Assembly (NCBI GenBank): GCA_964468015.1
Contig: CAYXUA010000003.1
Location: 1-22,909, forward strand
Length of the DNA stretch: 22,909 bases
From: an uncultured Clostridium sp.
GTDB taxonomy: Bacteria > Bacillota > Clostridia > TANB77 > CAG-508
Direction: 5' to 3'
Shown here: one piece after another, positions 8,539 through 18,330 of the stretch
Position numbering within the stretch: position 1 is the first letter of the stretch
Layout of the letters: every line of letters begins with the position of its first letter
Position numbers and translations under genes: made by a program
The notes under the pieces: generated by a model
Seen by the model: the letters and a program-made list of their open reading frames with translations, nothing else
Database searches by the model: none
Told to the model about the DNA's origin: nothing

Positions 8539-8570
8539 AAATCCCCAGAGAAAAATATCTCTGGGGATTT
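8539..8570. terminator. bidirectional hairpin terminator between the convergent lon-like and acyl-CoA synthetase genes
   Basis: aaatccccagag / ctctggggattt forms a 12-bp stem with an 8-nt loop. A-run on one side and T-run on the other give a U-tract on both strands. Confidence 0.7.
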
Positions 8571-8596
8571 CGTAAAATTACACATTCCTTTTACTA

Positions 8597-10312
8597 TTAT
8601 ACTTTTTTTAATTCCTCAAATCTCTTTACTTTTTGTGTTGTTGTTTTTATTAATGGCTCTGTTGTTATTACTATATCTTTTATGTGCTTGTAAATTGGTA
8701 AGCCTTGATTAATTTTCTTTATTTCTTCCCAAATCATGGCTTTGTATTCTTCTTGTGTTTTTTCTCCTAGCATCTCTTTTGCTATTGTTTCATCATATAC
8801 TATTTTTGCACAAAGCATTGTATCTGTTGTACTTTGTTCTCTTGAATATACCATTGATTCTGATATGTATGGAACTTTGTTTATTATAAATTCAATTTCT
8901 TGAGGATATACATTTTTTCCATTTTTTAATACTATTATGTCTTTTTTTCTACCTGTTACATATACAAAATTCTCTTTATCTATGTAGCCATAATCTCCTG
9001 TTCTAAACCATCCGTCTTGTAATACGGCTCTTGTTTCTTCTTCATTATTGTAATATCCTAGCATTATGTTTGGACCTTTTGCCAGAATTTCACCTATTCC
9101 TTCTTCATTTGGGTTGTCTATTTTTACTTCGATATTATCAAGTGGATATCCAACTGAACCAGGTCTTGTTCTTGTTTCACTTTCTGCTGTTATTACTGGT
9201 GATGTTTCTGTTAGCCCATATCCTTGAATTAATTTTATTCCAAAATTATTTAAACCTATTATTGTTTCTTTATTCATTGGTGCTCCACCATATAAAACAA
9301 CTCTTAATTTTCCTCCAAAGCTTTCTAATACTTGATTAAATAGTTTTCTTCTTATATCTATATTAACTTTTAATAAAGCATTTGATACTTTAGTTGCTGT
9401 TCCTATTAATTTGTCTTTTCCTTGGTCATTTATTGTTTTTACAATTTTCTTATACATTGTTTCTAGAACTAATGGTACAGCTACAAATATTGACACTTCA
9501 TATTCTTTTAGATTTTTTTGTATGTGTTTTAAGCCATCACAGAAAGCCACTGTAACACCACTATAGAATCCATATAAGAATGTTATGCTACATTCGAATG
9601 TATGATGTATTGGTAAGAATGATAGCATTGTATCTGTTGGTAACATTTTAAAGTGATTTGGATAATTGCAAAAATTGCTACATACATTGTTTTGTGATAA
9701 CATTACTGCTTTTGGAGCATTTGTTGTTCCTGAAGTAAATAGCATTATTGACATTTTATCTTTGTCAATTTCTATTTCTTCATATTGTCTATCCCCTTCT
9801 TCTCTTAGCTTTCTTCCTTTTTCTAAAATAGTACTAAAATTTTGTACTTGTTCTTCTTCTGTATCATCCATACAAATCAAAAATTTCACACTATTGTCTG
9901 ACTTTGTTCTTATGCTTTGCATTACCTCCATATATTTTTTATCAAATATAACAACCTCTGCTTCGCTTCTTCTTACTAAAGTCTCAATTTCATTGTTTGG
10001 TAATGCTTTATCTAGTGGAACTATTACCATGTCTCCACAAGTTACAGCTAAGTAACTTACGCACCATTCATATCTATTGCCGCCTATTAATACTACATTC
10101 TTTCCTCTTAATCCTAAATTTAGTAAAGCTGTACTAAATGCCTTTATGTCACTTACTGTTTGACCATATGTTTTTTCTATGTATTCTGGCTCTTTCGCTG
10201 TATAGTCCTTCTTGTATTTATACGCTACGTTGCTTCCATATAGAGTATTAGAATTCTCTACTAATTCTCTGTAGTTGTTTACTATTTTATTTGCATTTTC
10301 TTCTTTCTTCAT
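8597..10312 (-). CDS. AMP-dependent synthetase/ligase, long-chain fatty-acid--CoA ligase-like
   Basis: AMP-binding motifs LFTSGTTNAPKAVMLSQNN, GYGLTETSP, and TGDYGYIDKENFVYVTGRKKDIIVLKNGKNVYPQEIE. 571 aa. Confidence 0.85.
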   Translation of the reverse strand: MKKEENANKIVNNYRELVENSNTLYGSNVAYKYKKDYTAKEPEYIEKTYGQTVSDIKAFSTALLNLGLRGKNVVLIGGNRYEWCVSYLAVTCGDMVIVPLDKALPNNEIETLVRRSEAEVVIFDKKYMEVMQSIRTKSDNSVKFLICMDDTEEEQVQNFSTILEKGRKLREEGDRQYEEIEIDKDKMSIMLFTSGTTNAPKAVMLSQNNVCSNFCNYPNHFKMLPTDTMLSFLPIHHTFECSITFLYGFYSGVTVAFCDGLKHIQKNLKEYEVSIFVAVPLVLETMYKKIVKTINDQGKDKLIGTATKVSNALLKVNIDIRRKLFNQVLESFGGKLRVVLYGGAPMNKETIIGLNNFGIKLIQGYGLTETSPVITAESETRTRPGSVGYPLDNIEVKIDNPNEEGIGEILAKGPNIMLGYYNNEEETRAVLQDGWFRTGDYGYIDKENFVYVTGRKKDIIVLKNGKNVYPQEIEFIINKVPYISESMVYSREQSTTDTMLCAKIVYDETIAKEMLGEKTQEEYKAMIWEEIKKINQGLPIYKHIKDIVITTEPLIKTTTQKVKRFEELKKV

Positions 10313-10373
10313 ATTATTACACCTCTTTCATATTTGTTTATTTTATATCAATTTTTACTTTTTTTCAATAGAA

Positions 10374-10413
10374 GCAAAAAAATATAGCATATATTTTAAA
10401 AAATATGCTATAT
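10374..10413 (-). terminator. rho-independent terminator downstream of ftsH
   Basis: atatagcatat / atatgctatat stem (10382-10392 / 10403-10413). On the minus strand it is followed by a run of 7 or more T (plus-strand A run ending at 10381). Confidence 0.6.
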
Positions 10414-10428
10414 TTTATATTTTATATT

Positions 10429-12240
10429 TTATCTGAAAAATTCTTCGAATTCTTCTGCTGATATTACTTCCTTTTCCATCAATCTTTGAGCAACTTGATG
10501 TAATTTATCCATATTATTCAATAATATTGTTTGAGCTCTTTCATAAGCAGTATCTATCAATGCTCTTATTTCTTCTCCTACTACATCGCCTATATCTTCT
10601 CCAAATATTTGTAGTTCATATGGTTCGTTTGTTTTTAGCGATACTGGACCTAATTTGTCACTCATTCCATATATTGTTATCATATCTTTTGCTATTCCTG
10701 TTGCTACTTCTAGGTCGTTGCTTGCTCCTGTTGATATGTCATTTAATGATACTTTTTCTGCCGCTCTTCCTCCAAGTAATGCTACAAGTTTTTCTTCCAT
10801 TTCCGTTTTTGATATATAGTATTTATCTTCATTGGTTTTATACATTGTGTATCCGCCTGCTAGTCCTCTTGGTATTATTGATATTTCTTTTACATCTGTT
10901 TGTGTTCCTAAATATTTACTTACTATTGCATGCCCTGCCTCATGGTATGCTGTTAATTTTTTATCTTTGTCTGACATTACTCTGCTTTGTTTTTCTATTC
11001 CTACTGTAACCTTCTTTACAGCTTCCTCTAAATCGTCCTTTGTTATTTCATCATGTTTGTGTCTTGTTGCAATTATTGCTGCTTCATTTAATACATTTGC
11101 AAGTTCTGCTCCTGTAAATCCTGCTGTATCTCCTGCTATTTCTGTCATATTAATATCTAGTGCAAATTTCTTGTTTGCTGCATGTATTTTTAGAATTTCT
11201 TCTCTTCCTTTTAAGTCTGGTGGTGCTATTGTTATTTGTCTGTCAAATCTTCCTGGTCTTAATAGTGCCTTATCCAACATTTCTGGCCTGTTTGTTGCTG
11301 CTAGCACTATTACTGTTTCGTCTGATTCAAATCCATCCATTTCAACTAGTAATTGGTTTAATGTTTGGTTATTTTCAGTTTCAGCTCCTCCTGAACTTGC
11401 TCTTCTTGCTCCTATTGCATCTATTTCATCTATGAATACTATACATGGTGATATTTTTTTAGCTTTTTCGAATAATTTTCTTACTCTTGAAGCTCCAAGT
11501 CCAGCAAACATTTCTATGAATTCTGAACCACTCATTGATATAAATGGTACTCCTGCTTCTCCTGCTATTGCTTTTGCTATTAAGGTTTTTCCTGTTCCTG
11601 GTTTTCCATATAATAGTATTCCTCTTGGAATTTTTGCTCCCATCTCTTTATATCTTTTTGGATTTTTTAAGAAATCGACTATTTCTATCATTTCATTTTT
11701 TTCTTCATCTAAACCTGCAACATCATCGAAAGTTACATCTGTCTTATTCTCATCTACTCCATAAACTTTTCCTTTTTCACCAAGTCCTTGCATTTTAAAC
11801 AACATTATGAATAGTGCTAGTATTAGAAGTGTTGGTAGTAAAGACATAAAAGTGCTAAATACTATTTTCAATGGACTTTGTGGATTTTGAATAAGTTCTA
11901 TTTCATTTCCTTCTTCCACTTTTCCTTGCACTAATTCTATAAAAGCTTGTATGCTTGGCACTATTGCTGATTTTTCTTCTTCTTCATCTTTTATCTTAAT
12001 TTTTATATTTTGACTTCCTGTTGTCATTTCTATTTTTTCAATAGTACCCTCATCCATCATTTTTATTAGCTCTGTATATGCAATATCTTTTTCTTCTTCC
12101 TCTGCGTTTGCATTATTTGCATTTACATACCATATTATTCCCACTGATACTAGAGCTATAATTAATATTACTGCTAACAAAATATATTGTTTTATTTTAC
12201 GGTTTTTATTTTCTTTCTCGTTATTTTTATTCTCTTTCAT
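10429..12240 (-). CDS. ftsH: ATP-dependent zinc metalloprotease FtsH
   Basis: Two TM segments and an AAA module (GKPGTGKTLIAKAIAGEAGVPFISMSGSEFIEMFAGLGASRVR, IVFIDEIDA). Zinc motif HEAGHAIV is present. RBS is AGGGAGGAAG. Confidence 0.95.
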   Translation of the reverse strand: MKENKNNEKENKNRKIKQYILLAVILIIALVSVGIIWYVNANNANAEEEEKDIAYTELIKMMDEGTIEKIEMTTGSQNIKIKIKDEEEEKSAIVPSIQAFIELVQGKVEEGNEIELIQNPQSPLKIVFSTFMSLLPTLLILALFIMLFKMQGLGEKGKVYGVDENKTDVTFDDVAGLDEEKNEMIEIVDFLKNPKRYKEMGAKIPRGILLYGKPGTGKTLIAKAIAGEAGVPFISMSGSEFIEMFAGLGASRVRKLFEKAKKISPCIVFIDEIDAIGARRASSGGAETENNQTLNQLLVEMDGFESDETVIVLAATNRPEMLDKALLRPGRFDRQITIAPPDLKGREEILKIHAANKKFALDINMTEIAGDTAGFTGAELANVLNEAAIIATRHKHDEITKDDLEEAVKKVTVGIEKQSRVMSDKDKKLTAYHEAGHAIVSKYLGTQTDVKEISIIPRGLAGGYTMYKTNEDKYYISKTEMEEKLVALLGGRAAEKVSLNDISTGASNDLEVATGIAKDMITIYGMSDKLGPVSLKTNEPYELQIFGEDIGDVVGEEIRALIDTAYERAQTILLNNMDKLHQVAQRLMEKEVISAEEFEEFFR

Positions 12241-12255
12241 GTCTTCCTCCCTTTT

Positions 12256-13257
12256 TTATGCTTCTGAGCCTTCTGGTTGCTCTCCACCATCTTTTTCTTC
12301 TTTCTCCTCTTTGTCCTTTTTCTTTTCTTTCTTCTCTTTTTCAGCTTCTTTCTCTTCCTCTAGTTCTCTTTTCACAATCTTTTGTACTTTCTCTATTTTT
12401 CCTATCTCAACTTGTTGTTTCATTAATTCTGAACGAATCATTAAAACTGCAGTTATGATATATATATATGGTATTGTTGTGTACATTATTGAAAAATATT
12501 CTATATTAAATCCTGTTATCAATTTTATTGGTACATATATAGCATTTAATAGAACTGATAATGTTATAGCATATACAGACATGTTGTAAGCTTGATTAAT
12601 TTTTAAGTTTACTCTTACTATTTTAGCTGTTAAATACCCTAGTATTGCTATTAATAAAGTTTCCATGAAGGTTGATAGTAAATATATTGCAAACATATAT
12701 ATTACAATACTTATAAAGAATGCTACATAAATAGTACCCATATTTGTATTATTTAATGTATCTTCTATACTTTGTTTTGTTATTTCACCTAGACTATTTG
12801 TATTTAATTCTTCATATGAATAAGTAGCTTGACCAGATAATCCATCTAATTGTAGTACCATTTTATCTCTTAAAAACATTACACCATTTTCGTACTTACT
12901 CATTTCTGCTATATATTCATTTGCTTTTGAATCATCACCTGATATTTCAGTATCTACAATTACAGATAATTGCATATTTTTATCTTCTCTTACTACACTT
13001 ACTACTTCATCTGCAACTAATGTATTGTTGCTAAATGTAAAATTGGGGAAATCTGTTTTAAATGTATCTACAAAAAATCCTGCCATTGAACCAAATTTAT
13101 ATACTGCTCCTAAAGTTATTATTACTGATAATAACAATATTAATTTCATGAAATATTTTACTGCAACTATAGTTTTCTCTTGCGCAAATTCTTGGTATTT
13201 TTCTATGTTAAATACTGCCCTTTTTAGTCTTTGAAAAAAGTTTATTTTTTTATCCAT
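12256..13257 (-). CDS. polytopic membrane protein, DUF1189-like, with an acidic/lysine-rich C-terminal tail
   Basis: The N-terminus (FFQRLKRAVFNIEKYQEFAQEKTIVAVKYFMKLILLLSVI) resembles the DUF1189/MalA-like family. It has several TM helices. The tail is RELEEEKEAEKEKKEKKKDKEEKEEKDGGEQPEGSEA. The start overlaps the alr stop (TAATG). Confidence 0.5.
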   Translation of the reverse strand: MDKKINFFQRLKRAVFNIEKYQEFAQEKTIVAVKYFMKLILLLSVIITLGAVYKFGSMAGFFVDTFKTDFPNFTFSNNTLVADEVVSVVREDKNMQLSVIVDTEISGDDSKANEYIAEMSKYENGVMFLRDKMVLQLDGLSGQATYSYEELNTNSLGEITKQSIEDTLNNTNMGTIYVAFFISIVIYMFAIYLLSTFMETLLIAILGYLTAKIVRVNLKINQAYNMSVYAITLSVLLNAIYVPIKLITGFNIEYFSIMYTTIPYIYIITAVLMIRSELMKQQVEIGKIEKVQKIVKRELEEEKEAEKEKKEKKKDKEEKEEKDGGEQPEGSEA

Positions 13258-14366
13258 TATACATACTCCCTTCTAACTCCGCTATCCACATATAGTGGAT
13301 TTATATCTAGGTCTATTGTATCATTTATTTTTATGTTTTGACTATCTGTAATATCTATTGCTATATGATACATTCCAATTTTCCCTATAACTTTGTATTT
13401 TTTATTCGCTATTGTTACTTTTAGCTTTTTATCTTTGAAAAAATCTTTTACATCATTGTATAGGTACCTCATTTTATCTATTAACCTATATACATCTGGG
13501 TAGTTTCTAACATTGTAGCCATCAAAATATCCTACTGGTATTATTGCAACTGTAGTTTCTTTTTTGGTTTTGAAGGTGTTTGAATAACCAACATTGTGTC
13601 CCTTAGGCAATTTTTTTATTTCAGAAATTGTAGTTCTTAGCTTTCCTATTTTCTTTAAGCCAATTTCATTATTCACTAGTATTCTTCCCAAAAATGCTGA
13701 CCCAATTCTTACTGCATTTAAGTGCATTGATGGATATCTTAGAAATGCTGAAGAGTTGCAAATATGCAACATTCCTGTTTCGATTTTGTGGTTTTGTAAA
13801 GTTGATGTTACCGTTATAAATCTATCGAATTGTGTTTTAGTCCATTTCTCATTCTTTGAATATGATTGTGAAAAATGAGAATATGTGCCTTCTATTTTTA
13901 TGTTCGTTGTATTTTTTAATGCTTCTATTATCTTATCTGTATCTGTATCTGTATACATGAATCCATATCTTCCGAAACCTGTATCTATTTTTAAATGTGC
14001 CCTTATTGTTATATTAAATTTCCTTGCTAATTCATCAGCTAGCTTTAGAGCCTCTTCAGAACCTATTGTAAGTATTGCATTATTTTCTATTAGTAGCTTT
14101 GCATCTTCTTCTACACAAGTTGAAGATAACATTAATATATCTTCTTGTATCCCTGCTTCTCTTAATTTCACTACATCCTCTACTGTTGCAACCGCTAGTA
14201 GGTCTACTCCTTGGTCTATAAGAAACTTTGAATATTCTATTAATCCTAGTCCATATCCATTTCCTTTAACTACCGCAATTACTTTTGTTTCACTTTTTTT
14301 GGCTTGTTCTTTTATTTTGTTTATATTGTGTTTCAAATCATCTTTATTTATTATTAGTGCTTTCAA
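13257..14366 (-). CDS. alr: alanine racemase
   Basis: PLP-lysine region VIAVVKGNGYGLGL, with length (369 aa) and C-terminal PVGYFDGY typical of Alr. TTG start follows AGAGGTG. Confidence 0.85.
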   Translation of the reverse strand: MKALIINKDDLKHNINKIKEQAKKSETKVIAVVKGNGYGLGLIEYSKFLIDQGVDLLAVATVEDVVKLREAGIQEDILMLSSTCVEEDAKLLIENNAILTIGSEEALKLADELARKFNITIRAHLKIDTGFGRYGFMYTDTDTDKIIEALKNTTNIKIEGTYSHFSQSYSKNEKWTKTQFDRFITVTSTLQNHKIETGMLHICNSSAFLRYPSMHLNAVRIGSAFLGRILVNNEIGLKKIGKLRTTISEIKKLPKGHNVGYSNTFKTKKETTVAIIPVGYFDGYNVRNYPDVYRLIDKMRYLYNDVKDFFKDKKLKVTIANKKYKVIGKIGMYHIAIDITDSQNIKINDTIDLDINPLYVDSGVRREYV

Positions 14367-14377
14367 TAGTACACCTC

Positions 14378-15430
14378 TTATTTCAATATTTTAGCTTTTA
14401 AGCCTCTTAAGGTTCTAAATGTTTTTTCTGAGAATTTATATAGTTTGTACCATAATGGCTTGAACGCTATGTAAACTTCTCCTATAAATTCTGTGAATTC
14501 TGCTCCAAAACCTTTTTTAAATCTGTAAAGTCCATATTGTGGGTGGTTTTCATCAACTACTCCTGATACTCCTCTAAAATCGTACATATCATTTCCATTT
14601 GCTATTGCTTCCTTTATCATTGTCCACTGTAATAGATAGTTTGGCATTAGATTTCTATGTTCGTTACTACTTGCCCCATATAGATACCAAGTTTTGTTAC
14701 CGTACATTATTGGTATAATTCCTGCTATTGGTTTATCTTCATGATATGCCATAAGTAATTTCATATGATTTGGTACTAGCTCATCATACATTTTTTCAAA
14801 GTATGATAATGAACGGATTATAAAACCATCTCTTTGTCCTGTTGTTATCATTATATTATGGAAATCCTTTAGATCTTCTCTGGTTCCTTCCTTTATAACT
14901 ACACCTTTTTTAGTTGCTAGGCGTATGTTATATCTTGTTTTTTGGTGAAATCCAGCTAGTACTTCTTCCTCTGTTTTTCCTTTTAAATCTAGCCTAAATA
15001 CATATCTTGGCTGAATTTCTTCTCTAAAGTTTTTGGCATCATCTTTTATAGAATATCCTAATTCCGTTATTACTTTTCTAAATTCTTCATCATCACTTTT
15101 TATATCTGGTTCTATTTTAAATACAAATGCTTTGTATTTCTTTGCTATTTCTCTTGCTCCGTCTGTTAATTGTTGTAACACAACTTTATCATGTACATCA
15201 CAAACAGGACCTCTTGAGGAATACATAAGATGTCCAAAAATTGGTATCTTTCTAATTAATATACTAATTGAACCTATTATATTACCATTTTCATCCTCTG
15301 CAAGAACAATTTCGTTCTTCCAATTTTCCTTTACTTTAGCCCACTCTAATGACTGTTGAAAATTACATCTGTCATGTTTTTCCAAAAATTCTGTATAGGC
15401 TTGTTTATCTTTTTCTTCTAAAATTCTCAT
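14378..15430 (-). CDS. FemAB-family aminoacyl-tRNA-dependent peptidoglycan cross-bridge peptidyltransferase (FemX-like)
   Basis: 350 aa. The N-terminus (FLEKHDRCNFQQSLEWAKVKENWKNE), KTRYNIRLATKKGV, YLLQWTMIKEA and GLYRFKKGFG are characteristic of the FemABX family (PF02388). Confidence 0.85.
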   Translation of the reverse strand: MRILEEKDKQAYTEFLEKHDRCNFQQSLEWAKVKENWKNEIVLAEDENGNIIGSISILIRKIPIFGHLMYSSRGPVCDVHDKVVLQQLTDGAREIAKKYKAFVFKIEPDIKSDDEEFRKVITELGYSIKDDAKNFREEIQPRYVFRLDLKGKTEEEVLAGFHQKTRYNIRLATKKGVVIKEGTREDLKDFHNIMITTGQRDGFIIRSLSYFEKMYDELVPNHMKLLMAYHEDKPIAGIIPIMYGNKTWYLYGASSNEHRNLMPNYLLQWTMIKEAIANGNDMYDFRGVSGVVDENHPQYGLYRFKKGFGAEFTEFIGEVYIAFKPLWYKLYKFSEKTFRTLRGLKAKILK

Positions 15431-15465
15431 TCTCTTCCTCCGTATTATTATATGCTTATTTCCAT

Positions 15466-15494
15466 ATTTTACACTAATTTGTAAGATATTACAA
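15466..15494 (-). promoter_or_regulatory. candidate promoter for the femX-alr-DUF1189-ftsH operon (TTGTAA-17 nt-TAAAAT on the minus strand)
   Basis: Minus-strand TTGTAA corresponds to plus 15489-15494 and TAAAAT to plus 15466-15471. It lies about 35 nt upstream of the GGAGG RBS. Confidence 0.4.
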
Positions 15495-15541
15495 TAGTTT
15501 TATTGGAATTAGTGTATGGAAAAAGGATGTATATTATAGCC

Positions 15542-15665
15542 GCTCGAATGAATAAAGTATAAATAAAAATAAAATGTGATGGCTCCAAGCTTACGGGTAT
15601 TCCCCCGCCTCAAAGGGCTGTCGCTCATCACATTTTATTTTTATTTATACTTTATTCATTCGAGC
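15542..15665. repeat. 124-bp palindromic element: perfect 40-bp inverted arms around a 44-nt GC-rich centre
   Basis: Positions 15542-15581 (gctcgaatgaataaagtataaataaaaataaaatgtgatg) are the exact reverse complement of 15626-15665. The centre, gctccaagcttacgggtattcccccgcctcaaagggctgtcgct, contains small ggg/ccc and gcc/ggc hairpins. Confidence 0.9.
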
Positions 15666-15696
15666 TACTCTACTGGTTGTGATATGATATTTTACA

Positions 15697-18318
15697 TTAT
15701 ATATTATCCGTTCTCAATGCTTCTATTATATTTTCCTTTCTCATCTTCCTGCTTGAGTATATCATTGTTATAAATACTACTGCATATACCGCTATTATTG
15801 ATACTATTATGCTAAACCATGGTAGTCTGAATATGAATTCTATTCCATTTCCAAAACCTTGATTTATTAGGTAACAAATTAATACTCCTAGTGGTATCCC
15901 AAACAGTAGGGCTTTGCTTCCATAGAATATGCATTCTAGATTTAGCATCCTATTAAATTGTTTATCTGTCATTCCTATTGACTTAAGGTTTGCAAATTCT
16001 CTTCTTCTTAAATTTATATTTGTTGATATTGTGTTAAATATGTTTGATATTCCTATTGCTGATATTAAGGCTATAAATCCGTATAAGAATATTTCTATTA
16101 CTGTTTTTAAATTCTTTTGTATTAGTATATCTTCTGATACATTGTTTATATTCATTTCTACACTATTACATTCTGATTGTATTTCCTTTAGTTGATTATT
16201 AACATTTGATATATTGTTTGCATCTATATATATTCGTATACTTTGTAAATAATTTATGTTTTCAAATACTTTTAGTTCTTCAAAATATTTTTCACTTACT
16301 ATTGCATAGAAACCTAAATTATAATTCTGTTCTAAGCCCATTGGTGCCTTTTCGGTTAATTTAGCTATTTTCATTGTAGTAGTTTTTTCTATTACATTTT
16401 CCTCACCATTTGAATATTCAATTAAATTTAACTCATCGCCTTCTTTATACTTTACTATATTAGCTTCTATTCCTCGTGTTGTTAGCCAGTTTACTTTATT
16501 TATTATAATTGCCTCATTATCTTCTAGATTACTTACTCCAATTTCTTTTGCATATCTATTAAATTCTTCTTCATTCAAAACTACTGGGAATACATACATT
16601 TTATAAGTATTTTTATCTTCATTATAGTAGTATTCTCTATCATATTCATCTTCATCTATTACCTTTTTGACATTTTTATCTAATTTATCTGCTGGAATTT
16701 CAGTCATCATATAAAGTGATTGTACTGAAGATATTCGGTCTGCATCATATATTGACATTGTTTGATTATATATTTGGTTTAATTCTTCTTCTGCTTTTTG
16801 ATTTCTTCCGTATAGGGATACAGAAAAATCATAATCTACAGTGGTATACATTGAATCAAATCCTGTATACATATAACCTACAAAGCCACTTATTGATACG
16901 TATAACACTATACTTACTACTAGTGAAATTACTGTAGTTCTATATCTTTTCTTGGCTCTTTTTAGATTTTTTAGAGCTATTGTTCCTTCCATTCCAAAAA
17001 GTTTGTATATGAATTTAGGCGTTTTTAACTTTTTAGCCTTTGTTTTCACATCATCGGCTTGCCTTATTGCATCTATTGGGGTTATCTTACTTGCTCGCCT
17101 TGCTGGTAATACTACAGACATGTATATTGTAAATGCTATTAATACAACTGCTATTATTATTGCAGGCCATGACACTACTAATTGTAAATCCCATGAATAT
17201 GAATCAAAAACTGGTTTTAATAGCTCATTTACTATTTCCAGAGTAATTCCTATTCCACCAATTCCACATAGTATACCTATCGGAATTCCTATTGCTCCTA
17301 GTATTGCGCCTTCATATATTACAGATTTCCTTATTTGTTTTCGTGTTGCTCCAACTGATGATAACATTCCAAATTGTTTTTTTCTTTCAGATACAGATAT
17401 AGCAAAACTATTATATATAACCATTATTGAGCCGCCCATGATTACTGCTATTAAAACTCCACATACACTATACAACATCTCATTAAAGCCAGAAGTATCA
17501 TTTACCCCCATATATGCTAACAGACCTGTATTATAGGCTATGTTGTATACTTTTTCCCCATCTGATTGAACATTTATAACAGCTCCTATATAATCTCCTA
17601 ATTCCTCGGTCACTTTATATATTTCTTTTGGATTTTTAGTAATAACACCTACATTTAAGTTCGCATCATCTGTTAATGTACTTCTATCCATAATAGTTAT
17701 ACCAGCAGTATAGAAATCTTCTGAAGATTCGAAATATGGTCTACTTATTATTCCTGTTATTGTATATGTTTTTGTTCCTGTTTTTACAAATTCCAAATTA
17801 TCTGTAATATTTGTTGCTTTAGCCATATCAATTTCTTCGTTTTCTTCTAAATATCCCACATTTAAGGTTATTTTATCTCCTATACTTGGTTCATTATCTT
17901 TACCATCGAAAAAGCTTTGACTCAGTGCTATTTCATCACTATTTGTCGGCATTTCTCCTTTTATTATTTTTTCCCCAAGCTTTTCTATAGCATCCTCATC
18001 ATATTGCTCAATTCTAAGATATTCCTCATTTGAATATTCGTTTTGTGCCATGTATAAGGTTGAAGTTGCAAATGTATCTTTAAATTGATTATTAGTTTCT
18101 ATGTATTTTAAATCTGAATATGATACCTCTTTAAAAATAGCCTCCCATGAACCGCTTGCATCTTTTTCATATCCTATCAAAAAATTCTGGAAACTTACTG
18201 CTAATGTTGTTACTGCACTTATCATAGCTCCTGATAATATTATACCTATTATTGTAACCAATGTTCTTTTCTTATTAAGCTTTAGATAATTCCAAGTAAT
18301 CTTATTTAATATGTTCAT
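15697..18318 (-). CDS. ABC transporter permease with duplicated FtsX/MacB-type domains and two large extracytoplasmic domains (873 aa)
   Basis: The layout is TM1, a loop of about 230 aa, then a three-TM FtsX module ending ...VLPARRASKITPIDAIR. That unit is followed by a second TM, a loop of about 250 aa and a second FtsX module ending ...SSRKMRKENIIEALR. RBS is GGGGGTGA. It lies directly downstream of the ATPase. Confidence 0.85.
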   Translation of the reverse strand: MNILNKITWNYLKLNKKRTLVTIIGIILSGAMISAVTTLAVSFQNFLIGYEKDASGSWEAIFKEVSYSDLKYIETNNQFKDTFATSTLYMAQNEYSNEEYLRIEQYDEDAIEKLGEKIIKGEMPTNSDEIALSQSFFDGKDNEPSIGDKITLNVGYLEENEEIDMAKATNITDNLEFVKTGTKTYTITGIISRPYFESSEDFYTAGITIMDRSTLTDDANLNVGVITKNPKEIYKVTEELGDYIGAVINVQSDGEKVYNIAYNTGLLAYMGVNDTSGFNEMLYSVCGVLIAVIMGGSIMVIYNSFAISVSERKKQFGMLSSVGATRKQIRKSVIYEGAILGAIGIPIGILCGIGGIGITLEIVNELLKPVFDSYSWDLQLVVSWPAIIIAVVLIAFTIYMSVVLPARRASKITPIDAIRQADDVKTKAKKLKTPKFIYKLFGMEGTIALKNLKRAKKRYRTTVISLVVSIVLYVSISGFVGYMYTGFDSMYTTVDYDFSVSLYGRNQKAEEELNQIYNQTMSIYDADRISSVQSLYMMTEIPADKLDKNVKKVIDEDEYDREYYYNEDKNTYKMYVFPVVLNEEEFNRYAKEIGVSNLEDNEAIIINKVNWLTTRGIEANIVKYKEGDELNLIEYSNGEENVIEKTTTMKIAKLTEKAPMGLEQNYNLGFYAIVSEKYFEELKVFENINYLQSIRIYIDANNISNVNNQLKEIQSECNSVEMNINNVSEDILIQKNLKTVIEIFLYGFIALISAIGISNIFNTISTNINLRRREFANLKSIGMTDKQFNRMLNLECIFYGSKALLFGIPLGVLICYLINQGFGNGIEFIFRLPWFSIIVSIIAVYAVVFITMIYSSRKMRKENIIEALRTDNI

Positions 18319-18330
18319 TTACATCACCCC

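Noticed and set aside
9031-11798. Many plus-strand Leu/Phe-rich ORFs antisense to the fadD-like gene and ftsH (e.g. 10527..11009, 10832..11764, 11160..11435)
   Set aside because: These are low-complexity antisense translations of strongly supported minus-strand genes, with no RBS or family resemblance. The same applies to 19757..20272, 20279..20803, 1696..1974, 2369..2821 and 13885..14394.
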